A stretch of DNA of 61,875 nt, counting the filler, from Globobulimina sp. (Eukaryota): assembly GCA_003354225.1 (NCBI GenBank). It is 25 parts of 25 records of this genome, joined end to end, with 100 filler letters (N's around TTAATTAATTAA, not from the genome) between each part and the next. Parts side by side here need not be neighbours in the genome. Positions count along the whole stretch, not along the records: positions 34,715 to 37,093 come from PIVH01007035.1; positions 37,194 to 39,572 come from PIVH01007036.1; positions 39,673 to 42,051 come from PIVH01007037.1; positions 42,152 to 44,530 come from PIVH01007038.1; positions 44,631 to 47,008 come from PIVH01007039.1; positions 47,109 to 49,486 come from PIVH01007040.1; 19 more parts are not named here. One strand, written 5' to 3'. The notes beneath the pieces were generated by a model. It saw only the letters and a program-made list of their open reading frames with translations. It was not told where the DNA came from and did no database searches. Made by a program: the position numbers and the translations under genes. Positions 35,130 through 47,844 of this stretch are shown here, piece after piece; position 1 is the first letter of the stretch; every line of letters begins with the position of its first letter.

Positions 35130-35759
35130 ATGTGGGAAGAACTGACGATAGCGACAACTAAATTGGTTCAAGATTATCCATATCTTATTCCATTTGGCAA
35201 GTTGATGATTAATATGCATGACTCGATCCCTCCCGGAATACCTTCCAAGGAAGAAGTGAAAGAGGAAAGAATGAAAAACACTTATTCCAAGATGTCCAAT
35301 TTTATGTGGCCCGTTGCAATGGCACCTTTTGGATGGGCGCCATGGATGTATCAAATATATAAGTTATATAAAATGGATAAGCCACAATTCTCGGTGTCGA
35401 AATATGAATGGATTGGTTTAGGGATTGGCTTTGTTGGTGCTGTCATTCGCAATGTGAGCAAGTTATGGATTGGCAAAAGTTTCGCATATTTTTTATCTAT
35501 TCGGAAAGACCAAAAATTGATAACAAATGGGCCATATTCCATTGTTCGACATCCTGGCTATACTGGATCGGCATTGTTGTTGTGGGGAGATGCCATTTAT
35601 TGGAATAATATATTTGCGTACGGCTGGGCTATCATATTTACTCTGCAGTTGGTGCCAAGGATAAAAGAGGAAGAGAAAATGTTGCAAAATGAGTTTGGAA
35701 ACGAATGGGATGCTTATTGTAGCAAAACAAAATCAAAGTTCGTCCCTTTTGTGTATTGA
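35130..35759 (+). CDS. Isoprenylcysteine carboxyl methyltransferase (ICMT/PEMT) family protein
   Basis: LITNGPYSIVRHPGYTG and RIKEEEKML..EFG.EWDAY. Likely true start is the ATG at 35130; the upstream part of the listed ORF is antisense to the neighbour. Confidence 0.9.
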   Translation: MWEELTIATTKLVQDYPYLIPFGKLMINMHDSIPPGIPSKEEVKEERMKNTYSKMSNFMWPVAMAPFGWAPWMYQIYKLYKMDKPQFSVSKYEWIGLGIGFVGAVIRNVSKLWIGKSFAYFLSIRKDQKLITNGPYSIVRHPGYTGSALLLWGDAIYWNNIFAYGWAIIFTLQLVPRIKEEEKMLQNEFGNEWDAYCSKTKSKFVPFVY

Positions 35760-35823
35760 ATCAAAGTTCATTTCCTTTAAAATTCCGATTAATTCCAGTT
35801 TAAAAATTAGCTCACTTAGAATC

Positions 35824-37093
35824 ATGGGCGCTAAACTTTGCAAATCAACCGCTAATCAAAAGGAAACATGTGAGGGTAAAATATCAATAATAAATAAATC
35901 AACAACAAAGACACAAAACATCATTGTTGATAATATGGAAATGGATCAAGAATCAATGTATGACTATGATGAATCTGGTCGACCTTCAATGACTTTGAAT
36001 TCCGCCACTTTTGCAACTGCAAACTCGACTAATTATAATCATGAATCATGTGATATTAACACTTGTTTAATGGTTAAACAAATATTAAAAATACTTACAT
36101 ATCAATTACAAATGGATGGAAATACAGCGGATTTATCACAATTTATAGAAACAAGCTATTGTTTGGTTGCAATACTAAATAATTTCCATCATATTTTACA
36201 GAAACACAATCAATCTCAATTTGAATTATTGTATAACTATTTTATAAATAATTTATTTCCAAATTCGCAAATATATAATTTCTGTGACATTCAAAAATGT
36301 TCATCAATGCACAGATTATATTCAAAATAATCACAAAATATGAACGATATCCACCATATTCTCACCATTCAAATCATAGATATTATACATTGTTATTTGT
36401 TGCATTCATTTGACACTGGATACAAATTATTTGGAATGGATAATTTGGGTGAAAATGAAATACAAAATACAAAATATGACATTTTACATATCCAAAAAGC
36501 AAAAAAAAATAAATACAAACGGTACCAATGGAATAACCATCGTTTTCTTACAAAATTGCATGAAAAGTATGAGAATATGGATTATGATATGATATTTCCA
36601 ACGTTTTGTTACTGGGATTATCATAAACTAACTGATGGGAAATGGTATGTTTGTGAGAAATATGATAATTTAAAACAAGAGGTATTTGCACATGATATTA
36701 GCAGAAATGAATGGGATTTATTGTATACAAAAGCAAATATTTATATTGCAACCGATAATATGTTAAATATGAAAAGTAATCATCAAACAATATCCGTCAA
36801 TCATATTATTTGTATCTTATTATATTGCAATTATACTGATTTTTATAATGGATTTATCGATAGTTTTTGCAGAAAGTGTTTGCATGAAAACGATAATGAT
36901 TTTAAGCAAAGACATAGTTTGTATGTAAATACCAGCAGATTTTTACGAGAAATGATTAATTGTTTTGGTCCGGCTCCATATTCGCATCATTCTCATTATC
37001 ATGCGGTTAATTTCAATCTATTAATCACACAAAATATGATTGGGCAATTTGTATCTAATTCGCCCATATCCACAACACCACATTTCGAGGTAT
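35824..37093 (+). CDS. Paralogue of the ART-like family protein at 7998-9820, with one in-frame TAA (possible pseudogene)
   Basis: CDIQKC...IIDIIHCYLLHSFDTG, YDNLKQEV, HIICILLYCN, RFLREMINCFG and SPISTT align with the 7998-9820 protein. TAA at 36328-36330. Confidence 0.65.
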
Positions 37094-37193
37094 NNNNNNN
37101 NNNNNNNNNNNNNNNNNNNNNNNNNNNNNNNNNNNNNTTAATTAATTAANNNNNNNNNNNNNNNNNNNNNNNNNNNNNNNNNNNNNNNNNNNN

Positions 37194-39572
37194 AAATAAT
37201 TTTAAATTGTTAACCAAATTAGGTGACATATCCATTCATCTATACAAACATCATGATGCTCTCAAGTATTACCAACAATCATTAACACAAAATCCACTAA
37301 ATCTAGTTATTTATGTGAAACTAGGAAATATGCTCCAGGACCATTTTCATAATTATGCTGATGCAAATACAATGTACGCAAATTGTATTGAACGCGATGC
37401 AACAAATGAGCTATGCTGGTTTCATTATGGCAGATTAAAACATAAACAAAATAAGTTGAAAGAGTCAGAAGAATGTTACTTAAAATGCCAAACAGAAAAG
37501 GCCTGCGTCAATTATCATTATGCAATGCTATTATTATTAAAAAACACTGAACGCAGTAAGCAGAAAGCTATCCACCTCCTGTCCATAGCAACTGAATTAG
37601 AACCAACTATTGCAAAATATCATTATCAGCATGCCCTATGTTTGAAGGATTGTGGTTCATTTTACGATTCAAATCAATCATTTCTAAAAGCATTACAATT
37701 ATCAAACAGCAAAGATGTAATCATATTATATCAATATGCTGAATTTCAATTGCAATGCTTGAATGATACACAATCTGCATTGAAATACTTAAAGATTGCA
37801 ATGAGTATAGATACAAACAATGAGTATGCTTTTGTTAAAGATAAATATAATTCTTTGAACAAAGAGAAAGTTGGATGTGGACAAGAAATTATTGAATATG
37901 ATGCAACCATTAAATTATTAATATATAATTTTGAAACAATAACATATTGGAATATAGATGATATTATTAATGCAGATATTAATACACTGGCAAACATGAG
38001 TCGCAATAATGTTTGTAAACATATATTTGGTGCCGTTGGTAGAGTTGAAAGATTAAGAATGCATTTTCAACAAATACTATCATCAGAAAATAATATTACA
38101 GTGGCAATTCTATCTGATAATCATCCAAATATTGTGCGTAAAGCATTACACAAAGCACAGATATATGACAGTGTCGCAAACTTGGAAATAATTGGTGGTG
38201 ATAAATCAAATAATAATGCATTGCAACATATAACTAAAATATGTAATAAATATCAGCTCGACATATCACAAAATGTGTTATTTATCGACAATAAATTAAG
38301 CAATATAGAATTAACACAAAATCATTGCAAAACATATTATGTTTTTTCAGAGGACACACTAAATGGATTAAATTTAAATCATCTGCATCAAATAGAACAT
38401 ATTGTTGGCGTCGAGTCGCAACAAAATCGCATTAATTATCAATTATCCACTCAGGCAAACATTAACTTATATGAAATAAACAGCGATATATATAAAGCAA
38501 TTAAGCAAGAAATATCAGGGAATGCATGCAACTGCATTTCAAGTCTTCCAATCCATTCGTTGCCTGTGATTGAGTGGATAAATGAAAATTGGGTTAATCA
38601 TCCACACAAAAAAGATTTTATTTCATTTGCTTATCAACATCACCAATTACTCCAAACGTTTCGAACTAGAGACGTTTGGGCGAGAGCTCATTTAGTACCA
38701 CAACTGCTGCGATTCTCACCTCACGATTACTCATTATATTTGCGGTATGCTTTCTGTTTAGATGTTCTTGGACATTACAAAATGGCTGAATATTATTATC
38801 AATCTGCCTGTGACCATTTAGCAAATAGTACAACAAGTTGTGAATGGTTATTAACAACAGCATATTATGAATATGGTTATTTTTTATTTAAAATGGATAG
38901 ACCTTTAGAAGCAGAGACTTATTGTCAAAAAGTAGCAGGCAAAGAGCATGCGTTAAAGCAGAGTTATCGATGTATGTTCTATCAAACATATGCGCGGATT
39001 TTAGCAGATTTACAGCAGCCTAAAATAGCGGAACATTATTTTAAATTGTCATTGACAACAAATGCAGTAGAATCGCATAAAATGATTTTATACTGTAATT
39101 ATGGTAAATTCCTATGTGAGCAAAAGCGGTTTGTTGAATCGATAGATATATTCCAAACTGCATTGGAGATTAAAGGAAACAGTGCGTTGAATCACCATGG
39201 ATTAAGTCGAACATTTTATGAAATGAAACGGTTTCCAGAATTTGAGTATCATATAAATGAGGCACTGCGATGGCATCCCTATTTAAAGGAAGCCATTGAT
39301 GATTGGAACAAATACATTGGAGAATGCAAAGATGATCTCAATCGGAGCAAAACTGAAAAGAAAGTTAGTCATTTGGATGATATATACTGTGTTGAATTTG
39401 ATAGATTTTGGTTTGATGTGATTGGAATAACCACCGATCGATTTAAGGGATATTATGATAATTTTTTGAACATGGCATCAGTTTATCCCATGCTTTATAA
39501 AAGAATTACATACATGTACATTGTCGTATTTTACTTTACCGGTCAGCACACAGTAGATGGTGCGTACATAAA
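37194..39572 (+). CDS. TPR-repeat protein with central HAD-like domain (partial)
   Basis: TPR helices at both ends. Central LLIYNFETIT...VAILS...VLFIDNKLSNI. Confidence 0.75.
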
Positions 39573-39672
39573 NNNNNNNNNNNNNNNNNNNNNNNNNNNN
39601 NNNNNNNNNNNNNNNNTTAATTAATTAANNNNNNNNNNNNNNNNNNNNNNNNNNNNNNNNNNNNNNNNNNNN

Positions 39673-40859
39673 ATTCGATTATATTAATTAATTTTGTAGA
39701 AATTTCGGAATTATTTGAATTATAAAACATTTCGAAAAACAATGAAATTATGTTTTTCCTTCTTTCGCTGTGTTGATGATCGCCATGCTCATTATTTTTA
39801 TTTTCATGTTCTTCATTTAAAGATATCGCAAAAAAATCAATATCAATAATTTCATTTCGTATACAAAATTGTATACAATTTCTAAATATTTCATCAATTG
39901 ATGCGATTACTATGTCATGCTGATAATTATTATTTGTTGCAATATTTGGATTGGTATCCATATTATTATTATTATTCATTGCCATATTTTCATTAATTGC
40001 TGCATTAATAACTGGTGCTTGTTTAACTATATTTGTATCTGTATTATTATTATTATTTGTGTCATTAATTGTATTTTGTGGCCTTAATCCCGTTGAATTT
40101 CTCAATGTTAATAAACTTTCATTCACTTTTTTTACTTCAACTTCATTGATAAAATAAACATTTTGCATTTCGTCATTCGTTGTACTAACTACACGCTGCA
40201 CAGTGCAGACACACACGCATAACATACAAAACTATGTCAAGAAAGAATAAATAAATATAACTAAATAACTAAACCGGAGCTACGCGTCCTAATGTTGCTG
40301 ATGATGATAATAAATGTTTTTTGACGGTGTTTCCTCTTAATTGTTTTTGGTGAAACTGCAATTCTTGATGTTGATTAATAATATTCTGTGCTTTTTGTTT
40401 TGTCGCAGTAATATCGGAATTTTCAACATCTCTTCCACGCAATTTCTCGGTCACACACTTTGAAGCGGTATTAAATGCATACGGTGGAATCACTTTATTT
40501 TCTTTAAATTTTGGTGCTTCACGTAATTTTTTATTGGTAATTGCTTGATATAATCTGTTAATTAATAATTTTACTGATTCGGACTTAGTGTCGCATTTTA
40601 TTATATTCTTTATCTCTTCCTGCTTGTATTCAAAATCAATTTTAGTGAAAAATCTTTTTAATTGATTCCAATTATCTTGTTTTGTATTAATATTACATCC
40701 ATTGTCAAAAGAGTGCATTTCAATGTCATGCGGATAGTATCTCGATAATATTTCTGCAAACATAAAACCATTTGAAAAATCACGTCGCACATTCTGTACC
40801 GAATAACTTAAATCTAATCCTTGAATCCATTTTAAGACCTCGCGTGATAAACCACTCAT
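39673..40859 (-). CDS. SPATA4: SPATA4/Spef1-like calponin-homology protein, 3'-truncated
   Basis: MSGLSREVLKWIQGLDLSYSVQNVRRDFSNGFMFAEILSRYYP...SFDNG...KQDNW. Intron 40196-40274. Confidence 0.88.
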
Positions 40860-40915
40860 ATTGGCAACTTTTGTTTGTGTTTTTAAAAAAACTCTCACTT
40901 CACTCAAAAAGCAGT

Positions 40916-41791
40916 TTATGAGCAAACAATTTCGCGGTTACTATCACATTTTGCATCATTTTTCTTTTTTAATTTGATGTAACCAGCTTTACCGAATGGA
41001 ACCTGATTTTGTTGCGGATGAAAACAATTTGTTAGCATTGCTTTATATTCATCAGTTTGTGGGGCTGGTATTGGGAAACTTGCATATATCACATATGCAT
41101 TTTGTGCAACAAAGCCCCAATTTTTGTTCCGAGTGATAAACTCTCGCGGATAGACATTAATTTTTATTGCATTTCCATATTCATTTTTTTTACACTGTGT
41201 CCCATCAAATCTCCATACAAAATCTAGTCCGACAACAAACGAATTCTGTGTAAACTCATTTGGTATAATATCAACAATTCCATTTTTGTCAAATATCATT
41301 CGGGTCATATCATTTGCTGCATTTTGCCATTGGTTATCTACACTTCCTTTAAAATGAAAATACCATTTTATGGCACAAACTTCTTTCATTGTAATTACTG
41401 TCCGTTTGCAATCCAAATATGATAAACGATATGCTTTACGTCCATTGCATTCCGCAATCACATCTTCCTCTTTTTCCATATCATTAGTAATGTTATCATT
41501 GGTTTTTATATCAATATCATCAGTTTCAATTTGGTGATAATTATTTGTTTCGGGAAAGAGTGTTTCGAGCTTAATCAATCTAAGATATTCCAGCGGAACA
41601 TATACTTTGTCTTTCCATTCAATTAAACATAAATCACGCCATAATTTATCATTTGTCATAATTATGTCATACAATAAAGTGTTAAGTGTTGAGCATTGGC
41701 ATATTTCTCGAGGTGATCCAAAAGACACTATATGAAGCAATAAATCTACAGGAAATATATCAAAATTCAAGTCACTTGAACCAGAACCCAT
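40916..41791 (-). CDS. F-box protein
   Basis: IFPVDLLLHIVSF.SPREICQCSTLN...DKLWRDLC. Exact 3' end uncertain. Confidence 0.8.
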   Translation of the reverse strand: MGSGSSDLNFDIFPVDLLLHIVSFGSPREICQCSTLNTLLYDIIMTNDKLWRDLCLIEWKDKVYVPLEYLRLIKLETLFPETNNYHQIETDDIDIKTNDNITNDMEKEEDVIAECNGRKAYRLSYLDCKRTVITMKEVCAIKWYFHFKGSVDNQWQNAANDMTRMIFDKNGIVDIIPNEFTQNSFVVGLDFVWRFDGTQCKKNEYGNAIKINVYPREFITRNKNWGFVAQNAYVIYASFPIPAPQTDEYKAMLTNCFHPQQNQVPFGKAGYIKLKKKNDAKCDSNREIVCS

Positions 41792-42151
41792 AGTAAAAAA
41801 AAAACGCGGACTGTGAGGGGGTTTTCAAAAGAAATATCACAATCCGGAGTAATTTTCAAAAGAACTTTTTATAGTGTGAGTAATATCACAATCCGGAGGA
41901 AATAGCCACCTGAACCAGAACCATAGTAAAAAATAAGCCGACGGTTCTCGTCCGCCTGTATACAAAATAAAATACAAATTGTATCATTTGCAGTGCAGTT
42001 AATTTGTTTTTGTATTGTTGCTATTTGGGTTTTGTTATATTAAAACAGTACNNNNNNNNNNNNNNNNNNNNNNNNNNNNNNNNNNNNNNNNNNNNTTAAT
42101 TAATTAANNNNNNNNNNNNNNNNNNNNNNNNNNNNNNNNNNNNNNNNNNNN

Positions 42152-42704
42152 TGATTCTCGTGTTCTTAGCTTTCGTGACCATCTCGCCGCTAGTTCCGTG
42201 TCATTGGGTTTGTCTTCTTCTATTTTCTCCTTATTTCTTCTTTTCTTTTTTCCCTTTTTTGTTTTATATCTAGCCCGACTCCGTGCTGTGCAGTCTGAGT
42301 TCGATAAATTTTTGGTGGTACATTTTATTACTCTCCAGGCAGGGCATCGCTTTATTGAGGATGTATTAACTGCCAATGACAATATTCCTCCTTTTGTGGA
42401 TTGCTTAGGGCTATATTCCTCCATTTCTGCCGATACTGTGGCCGAGATTCGTTGGTTACATGATCGGCTCATTGTTGCTCGTGTGAGCCATCGATTCCAT
42501 GTTGTAGTTAGTGAGTTAAATCGTACGGTGCCTATTTGCAATGCGAAAATTGGTTCAAGGAGGAAAACTAACAATTTATGGCATTGTCGTGCATTTTTTG
42601 AGAAGGGAGAGATTCGCCATTTGCTTACTTTCTTGCAAGAGGGCGCTCTCGCTGTTAAACATCGTATGTCTGTTTTGTTTGTTGATCCCCATACTGGTCG
42701 ATAG
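42152..42704 (+). CDS. Hypothetical protein, 3' part
   Basis: Protein-like ORF with a T-rich intron (gtttgtct...atctag) near 42208-42273. Confidence 0.5.
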
Positions 42705-43438
42705 CATTTGTTATGTGTTTTTTTAGTTATATTCTTCCCTTTTCCTTTTATTATTACTCCATTATTTGTCTGTTTTATGTTCCTTCTTTTTTTTTTGTTT
42801 TTCTCATGTTTAAATATATTATTTGCGTTTTGTTTTGTTATTATGGCATTATCTAATTTTTGCAACTTGTCGGTGCTAGGATAGGTTTTCTGTATATTGG
42901 AGCAAGTGGTACTCCACTCAGCTATTTTCATTTTGGTTTTGCATTGATTTTGGTAGTTTAATTGCGATTTATTCATTTTGCAAACGTATTGCAAGGAAAA
43001 TAACTTAAAAACAGTACAATCACATTTATTAATTGGGTGGGTACATAAACACAGCAAAAAATCAAACACATTCATTTCAAGCAAATTCAGCAGTAATTTT
43101 GATGGCAAAAAACAAAACAAAATCAATAATAAGTTGATATCATAAATGCATTTAAGTCTACTTTGTGTAGTCTTATTATGATAGCAAACAGAAAAATTAA
43201 CATTGTCAAGTTGGGGGTTTAGGTCATTTTGGATTGCGGTTGATTCCTCATTCTTAGTTTGTTTCTTTGCAATTCTTTCTTCGCCTAAAACGAATTCATT
43301 TTCTTCATTGGCTTTGACATAAATTACAATTTTTATATGCATTTTGAAGGCGTTGGATGCATATATCATTGCTTTGATTTTTGCTGTTTTATTGTAAAAA
43401 TAATATATATAAATATAAATATAATATAAAAATAAATT

Positions 43439-44530
43439 TAGGGTGATTGTCTGTTGTATTTTGCATCTAATTCTTTGGTTTCCATCCACTTCGCTTCCTG
43501 TTTTTTGATTATTTCTTATTTTAATATAGTATTTTTTGTGCATTACATACTTTCTCGTAATTTCTGCTCTTTCTGCTTGGATTTGCCTCTTTTTTTGTTT
43601 TCTTTTGGTGATTTGTTTGAGTGTTGTTTCATTTCTTAATATCTCATTTTCTTCGTAAATTTTGTGTGTTTCTTGATATTGATCCATTATTTCCTCTCTT
43701 TTACTGCAAATTATCAATATTTGCACTGTGAATGATTGTTCCTCGTCTTTTTTTGTTTTGTCATCATCATTTTTGTTTATTTCTGTTATATCTTCATAGA
43801 TATCATTGGTTGATATGATTTTCAGTGATTGGGTCGTTATTGGCAGAATTATTATTGATTTTTCATATCCTTTTGTTCCTGTTTCAATTTTTTTGTTGTT
43901 GATGGTCCAGCTTATTTTTGTTTTTGTATTCAATAAAATTGCACAAATTTCGTCTTGATCGTGTATTCGGCGGAGGTCAATTTCAAATGTCATTGGTTCT
44001 TCATTCTGTGGCGATTCCAATTGGATTGCATATAATAAATTTCCTGTTACTTTGGTTAATATTTTGGTGACTTCTATCCAGGCACTTGTCACTTTTTGTG
44101 GTTGAACTTTTAAGTGCAAATTTTCTCCGGTATTCCTATCTTTTGATGATAAATATATTTGGTGATCATTGGTTTTTTCATCCGGTGATAATGTGTATGT
44201 TCCTTCGACCGCTGAGTCTCTTTCTACTAATTTCCAGGGCATTGAGTGTGTCATCCAATCATAAACTGCTTTGTTATCCATTTTCCATATTTTTTCTAAC
44301 ATTTCTACTGCTTTGGGCGATTCTGCAATGTTTGTTTCAATTAATTGCAATTCTTTGTCAATTCCTATTTTCCTCGTATTGCTGCCGCATTGTCCAATCT
44401 CATTTTTATAGGTTTCAATATCTTGCTCCGTGATGCCAAGCAATGCTAAATTTTTATTTCTGTTTTGATTCGGCGGTGGGCTGTTTGTCATATTTACTGC
44501 TTCCGTTTCACTGCTTTCTTTCGTTTCATT
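43439..44530 (-). CDS. Hypothetical protein (A-rich coding strand)
   Basis: First ~310 codons of the 795-aa ORF. A gtatgt...aaacag intron near 43498-43551 leads to KEAKWMETKELDAKYNRQSP*. Confidence 0.5.
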
Positions 44531-44630
44531 NNNNNNNNNNNNNNNNNNNNNNNNNNNNNNNNNNNNNNNNNNNNTTAATTAATTAANNNNNNNNNNNNNN
44601 NNNNNNNNNNNNNNNNNNNNNNNNNNNNNN

Positions 44631-45774
44631 ATTAATTGCCTTTTGCTTAAAACAACCACCCGAAATAACCTCAGCTAAACGTTAAATGAACACCACCTCT
44701 TGTTTATCGTTCATCCAACTGCCATCGATAGCTTTAACCGTTTCAGTTGCATACGGCCAAAAATATACATTGCGAATAGAAGTAACTGGGAAAATGTTGG
44801 AAATTTATTGGGGAAATGAATTTTTGTTCAGTTATAATAATATTGTTTACCTATTTGGCTCCGTGGCACTCCGAACATGGAGAGCAACCGCCACTTTTTC
44901 CTCTGTAAATATCGCATTTCCATCAGATAGTTATTTATTGACTGTAAATCCAAGCATGCAGCCAACCACAATGCCAAGTTTCCAACCAACCAATCAACCC
45001 ATCACTACATCGCCAACCATCGAACCCACGTTGGAGCCAACCAACGAACCCACTTTTGAACCCACCACATTTCCAACAAACTCCACTGAGAATCCTACTG
45101 CTTCTCCAATCACATATTCACCAACAACGCATTCGCCAACAACATTAAATCCTACTTTGTCAGAAATGACAACATTAGGTCCAATAGCAAGCACTTCCAC
45201 TTTATGGACAACTCAAATATCATCAACTTTGAGCGAACATGAAGCCACAGAAACCAATCCCTTCCAAACAGGGCACGAAAATGTATATAAAAAAGAAAAG
45301 AAAAACGATATGGTTTTCAAGATATCTGTTTGTGTTATTATTTTGCTTGGCATTGTCGGCGGAGTTATGATGATTGCATTGTGTAAAAAAAAACGGAAGG
45401 AAAGACTGGAAAAAAAACGTAAAAATGTAGGCAAGAGCATTGTAGCTAATATAGCTTTGACGGCAGTGTCATCGGCATCCATTACTGACAAAGTAGAGGA
45501 ACATAACAGTGCGGCAATGGGTGGGAGTGAAGTAACTGAAGTTAATATCAACTGTAATAGTCAACGGACTGAGGATGAGAATGATAATATTGTTATCAAT
45601 GCATCATATATTGCTACAATGGCACCTCCACGAAGGAAAAATCAAAGTATTGTTGATATGTTAGAGGGCAATGTAGAAATAATTGCAGATAAAACCTTAG
45701 GGCTTGATAATGAAACACAAGGACTAAATATCCGAAATGATGAGTTTGTGGTAGGTACAGATGATGGGAATTGA
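44631..45774 (+). CDS. Type I membrane protein: concanavalin-like beta domain, PT-repeat stalk, TM helix, tail (5' end uncertain)
   Basis: YTLRIEVTG...GSVALRT...ATFSSV, (PT)n repeats, TM ISVCVIILLGIVGGVMMIAL followed by a basic stop-transfer stretch. Confidence 0.8.
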
Positions 45775-46637
45775 TGACTTGTGTAAATAGTGTGAGCTTG
45801 CAGTGCTTTAGGCTGGTTTTCAGCAATATGTAAATTTGTTTAATTTCAAACCTGCACTTCACAGTTCGCATTAGTCGCTTCAATCTTGATGGTATGTCAA
45901 ATAAAATAATAGCAGAGAATCCGCACATGATGATCAACCAAATGATTTTCACAGATCTGTTCTGAATGGTTTTCATTATTTGATGATATCGTACCATGCA
46001 CCTCTCTGAGCGCAATTATTTTTAAATTCATTTGAATCCATCATATTTCACCAAGATATTAATGCAAAACAATACAATACAATTACACAGATCCTGCCCC
46101 GAGCCTCCATACACATACAATAATGATTAAGTTTAGTAAAGTCAGCAAAAGCAGATAAATGGCATTGGAATGAATTACTATCTTATGCTTACTCAGGTAT
46201 ATATATTTTTTGATTTATTAATTTATAATTTGGTGATGATACAAATTAATCGCAACAACATGATTTGATATGATATAAAGCCTAATGTATTGAATCTGAA
46301 CTTTTATTTTAAATTTTTTATTGCTTCCTGTTATTTTCGATCAAAAGTAAAATAGTAATTTTGTTTGTTTTGTGAATAGGTTTGAGAGTTAATGGAATAA
46401 ATGGATGAGTGTTGCAATTATAAAATCGTATAGAAATTTCCTGCATTTTCCGATCACATTATCAAAACAAAAAGGATCTAGGATGATAGTAATATTTATC
46501 TATTTTGTGTGTTTGTGTGATGTGCTTTAATTTAATTATTAAAACGAGAGTTGAAAAGCGAACACGTTCCATAAAATTGATACGATGTTCTGTGCATTGG
46601 TTGAAGTGTACTGCAGATATTCATCAAATATAAGAAT

Positions 46638-47008
46638 TCACATTGTATTTGATGTATAACCTAAAGCAAGAAAATGAGTTAAAATATGTCTAGCTCGTCT
46701 TTTGTTGGCATCACGTATCTTCAGTTTTATTTGTGTTGCTTTATTTTCATTAATTTGCTTCATAATATACTCTCCATTATTTCCGTTGAGTTGAAGAATA
46801 CAATAATTTTTTGTTAAATCATTTCTTAAAAAGATGTAAAATACATCCAACATCCTAGTAATTATATCATTGCAGTTAAACGCAAATGTTTCAACTTCAT
46901 TGGTTGGACATTGTATTAATTTATCTATAAACACACAAAATCCTTTAATAATTTCATTTTTATCAGTTGTATCCACTACTTTATCATTTTCATGTATTCT
47001 GTCAATAA
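46638..47008 (-). CDS. Hypothetical protein exon; downstream structure unresolved
   Basis: Open frame from the contig end; I could not confidently splice the rest. Confidence 0.35.
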
Positions 47009-47108
47009 NNNNNNNNNNNNNNNNNNNNNNNNNNNNNNNNNNNNNNNNNNNNTTAATTAATTAANNNNNNNNNNNNNNNNNNNNNNNNNNNNNNNNNNNN
47101 NNNNNNNN

Positions 47109-47601
47109 GTTAATTGGATGTTTAAATCTTAACAATAATCCCTTATACACCTCACGAAGGAACATAGGAATCCGAGATTCTCTTCGAGGCAGAAATACGT
47201 TCCCCCATTTAATTAAATTCCCCAAAGATTATTGGCCAACACCGCCAGGCTATGAATATGTTCAGGATAAAATTAAATTGCAACAGAAATTAAACGATGA
47301 TGAATTAAATATGATACAAATACATTGGGGATTGGATGGATTGGGCTTAGCCGTCTTTGCAATGGTCATAGTGGTCGGAAGTTGTATGTTGGCATTATAT
47401 CCGTCACGATTAAGGAAGGAAAGATTGGATAGTCAAGTTATGACCAATTGGGTGTCTGAGAATGCCGAGTTTTTAGAAGGATCGGCTGTGGAAGATTTAA
47501 TTTATAGATATGCGCGCGTCGATGCATACGATACACCAACAACCGACATAACTGATATGGACGACAGTGATAACACCAACGATGATGGAGTGTACTATTA
47601 A
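47109..47601 (+). CDS. C-terminus of a single-pass membrane protein
   Basis: Frame open from the contig start; TM GLGLAVFAMVIVVGSCMLAL and an acidic tail. Confidence 0.6.
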
Positions 47602-47844
47602 ATATTTTTAAATCTAAATTCTTGCATTGTTAGAGTGTAAAAAAAAAACTGTCCATCTATCCTCGCACTTTGTGGGTCCACAATCTTTGTACAAAAGTCA
47701 CAAGAACACTCATAATATCATTCGCGTATTGTATAAAACATTTAAATTATATCAGCTGCAACAAACGCTCACAAAACAATATAAAAAATACAACAAAAAA
47801 CACAAATGCAAACAATAAAAAAAAACAAAGTGATAATTACAGAG

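Noticed and set aside
36328-36330. Ciliate-type TAA/TAG-to-Gln genetic code
   Set aside because: TAA and TAG terminate conserved genes (cathepsin, GH31, oxygenase) and long ORFs are otherwise free of them.
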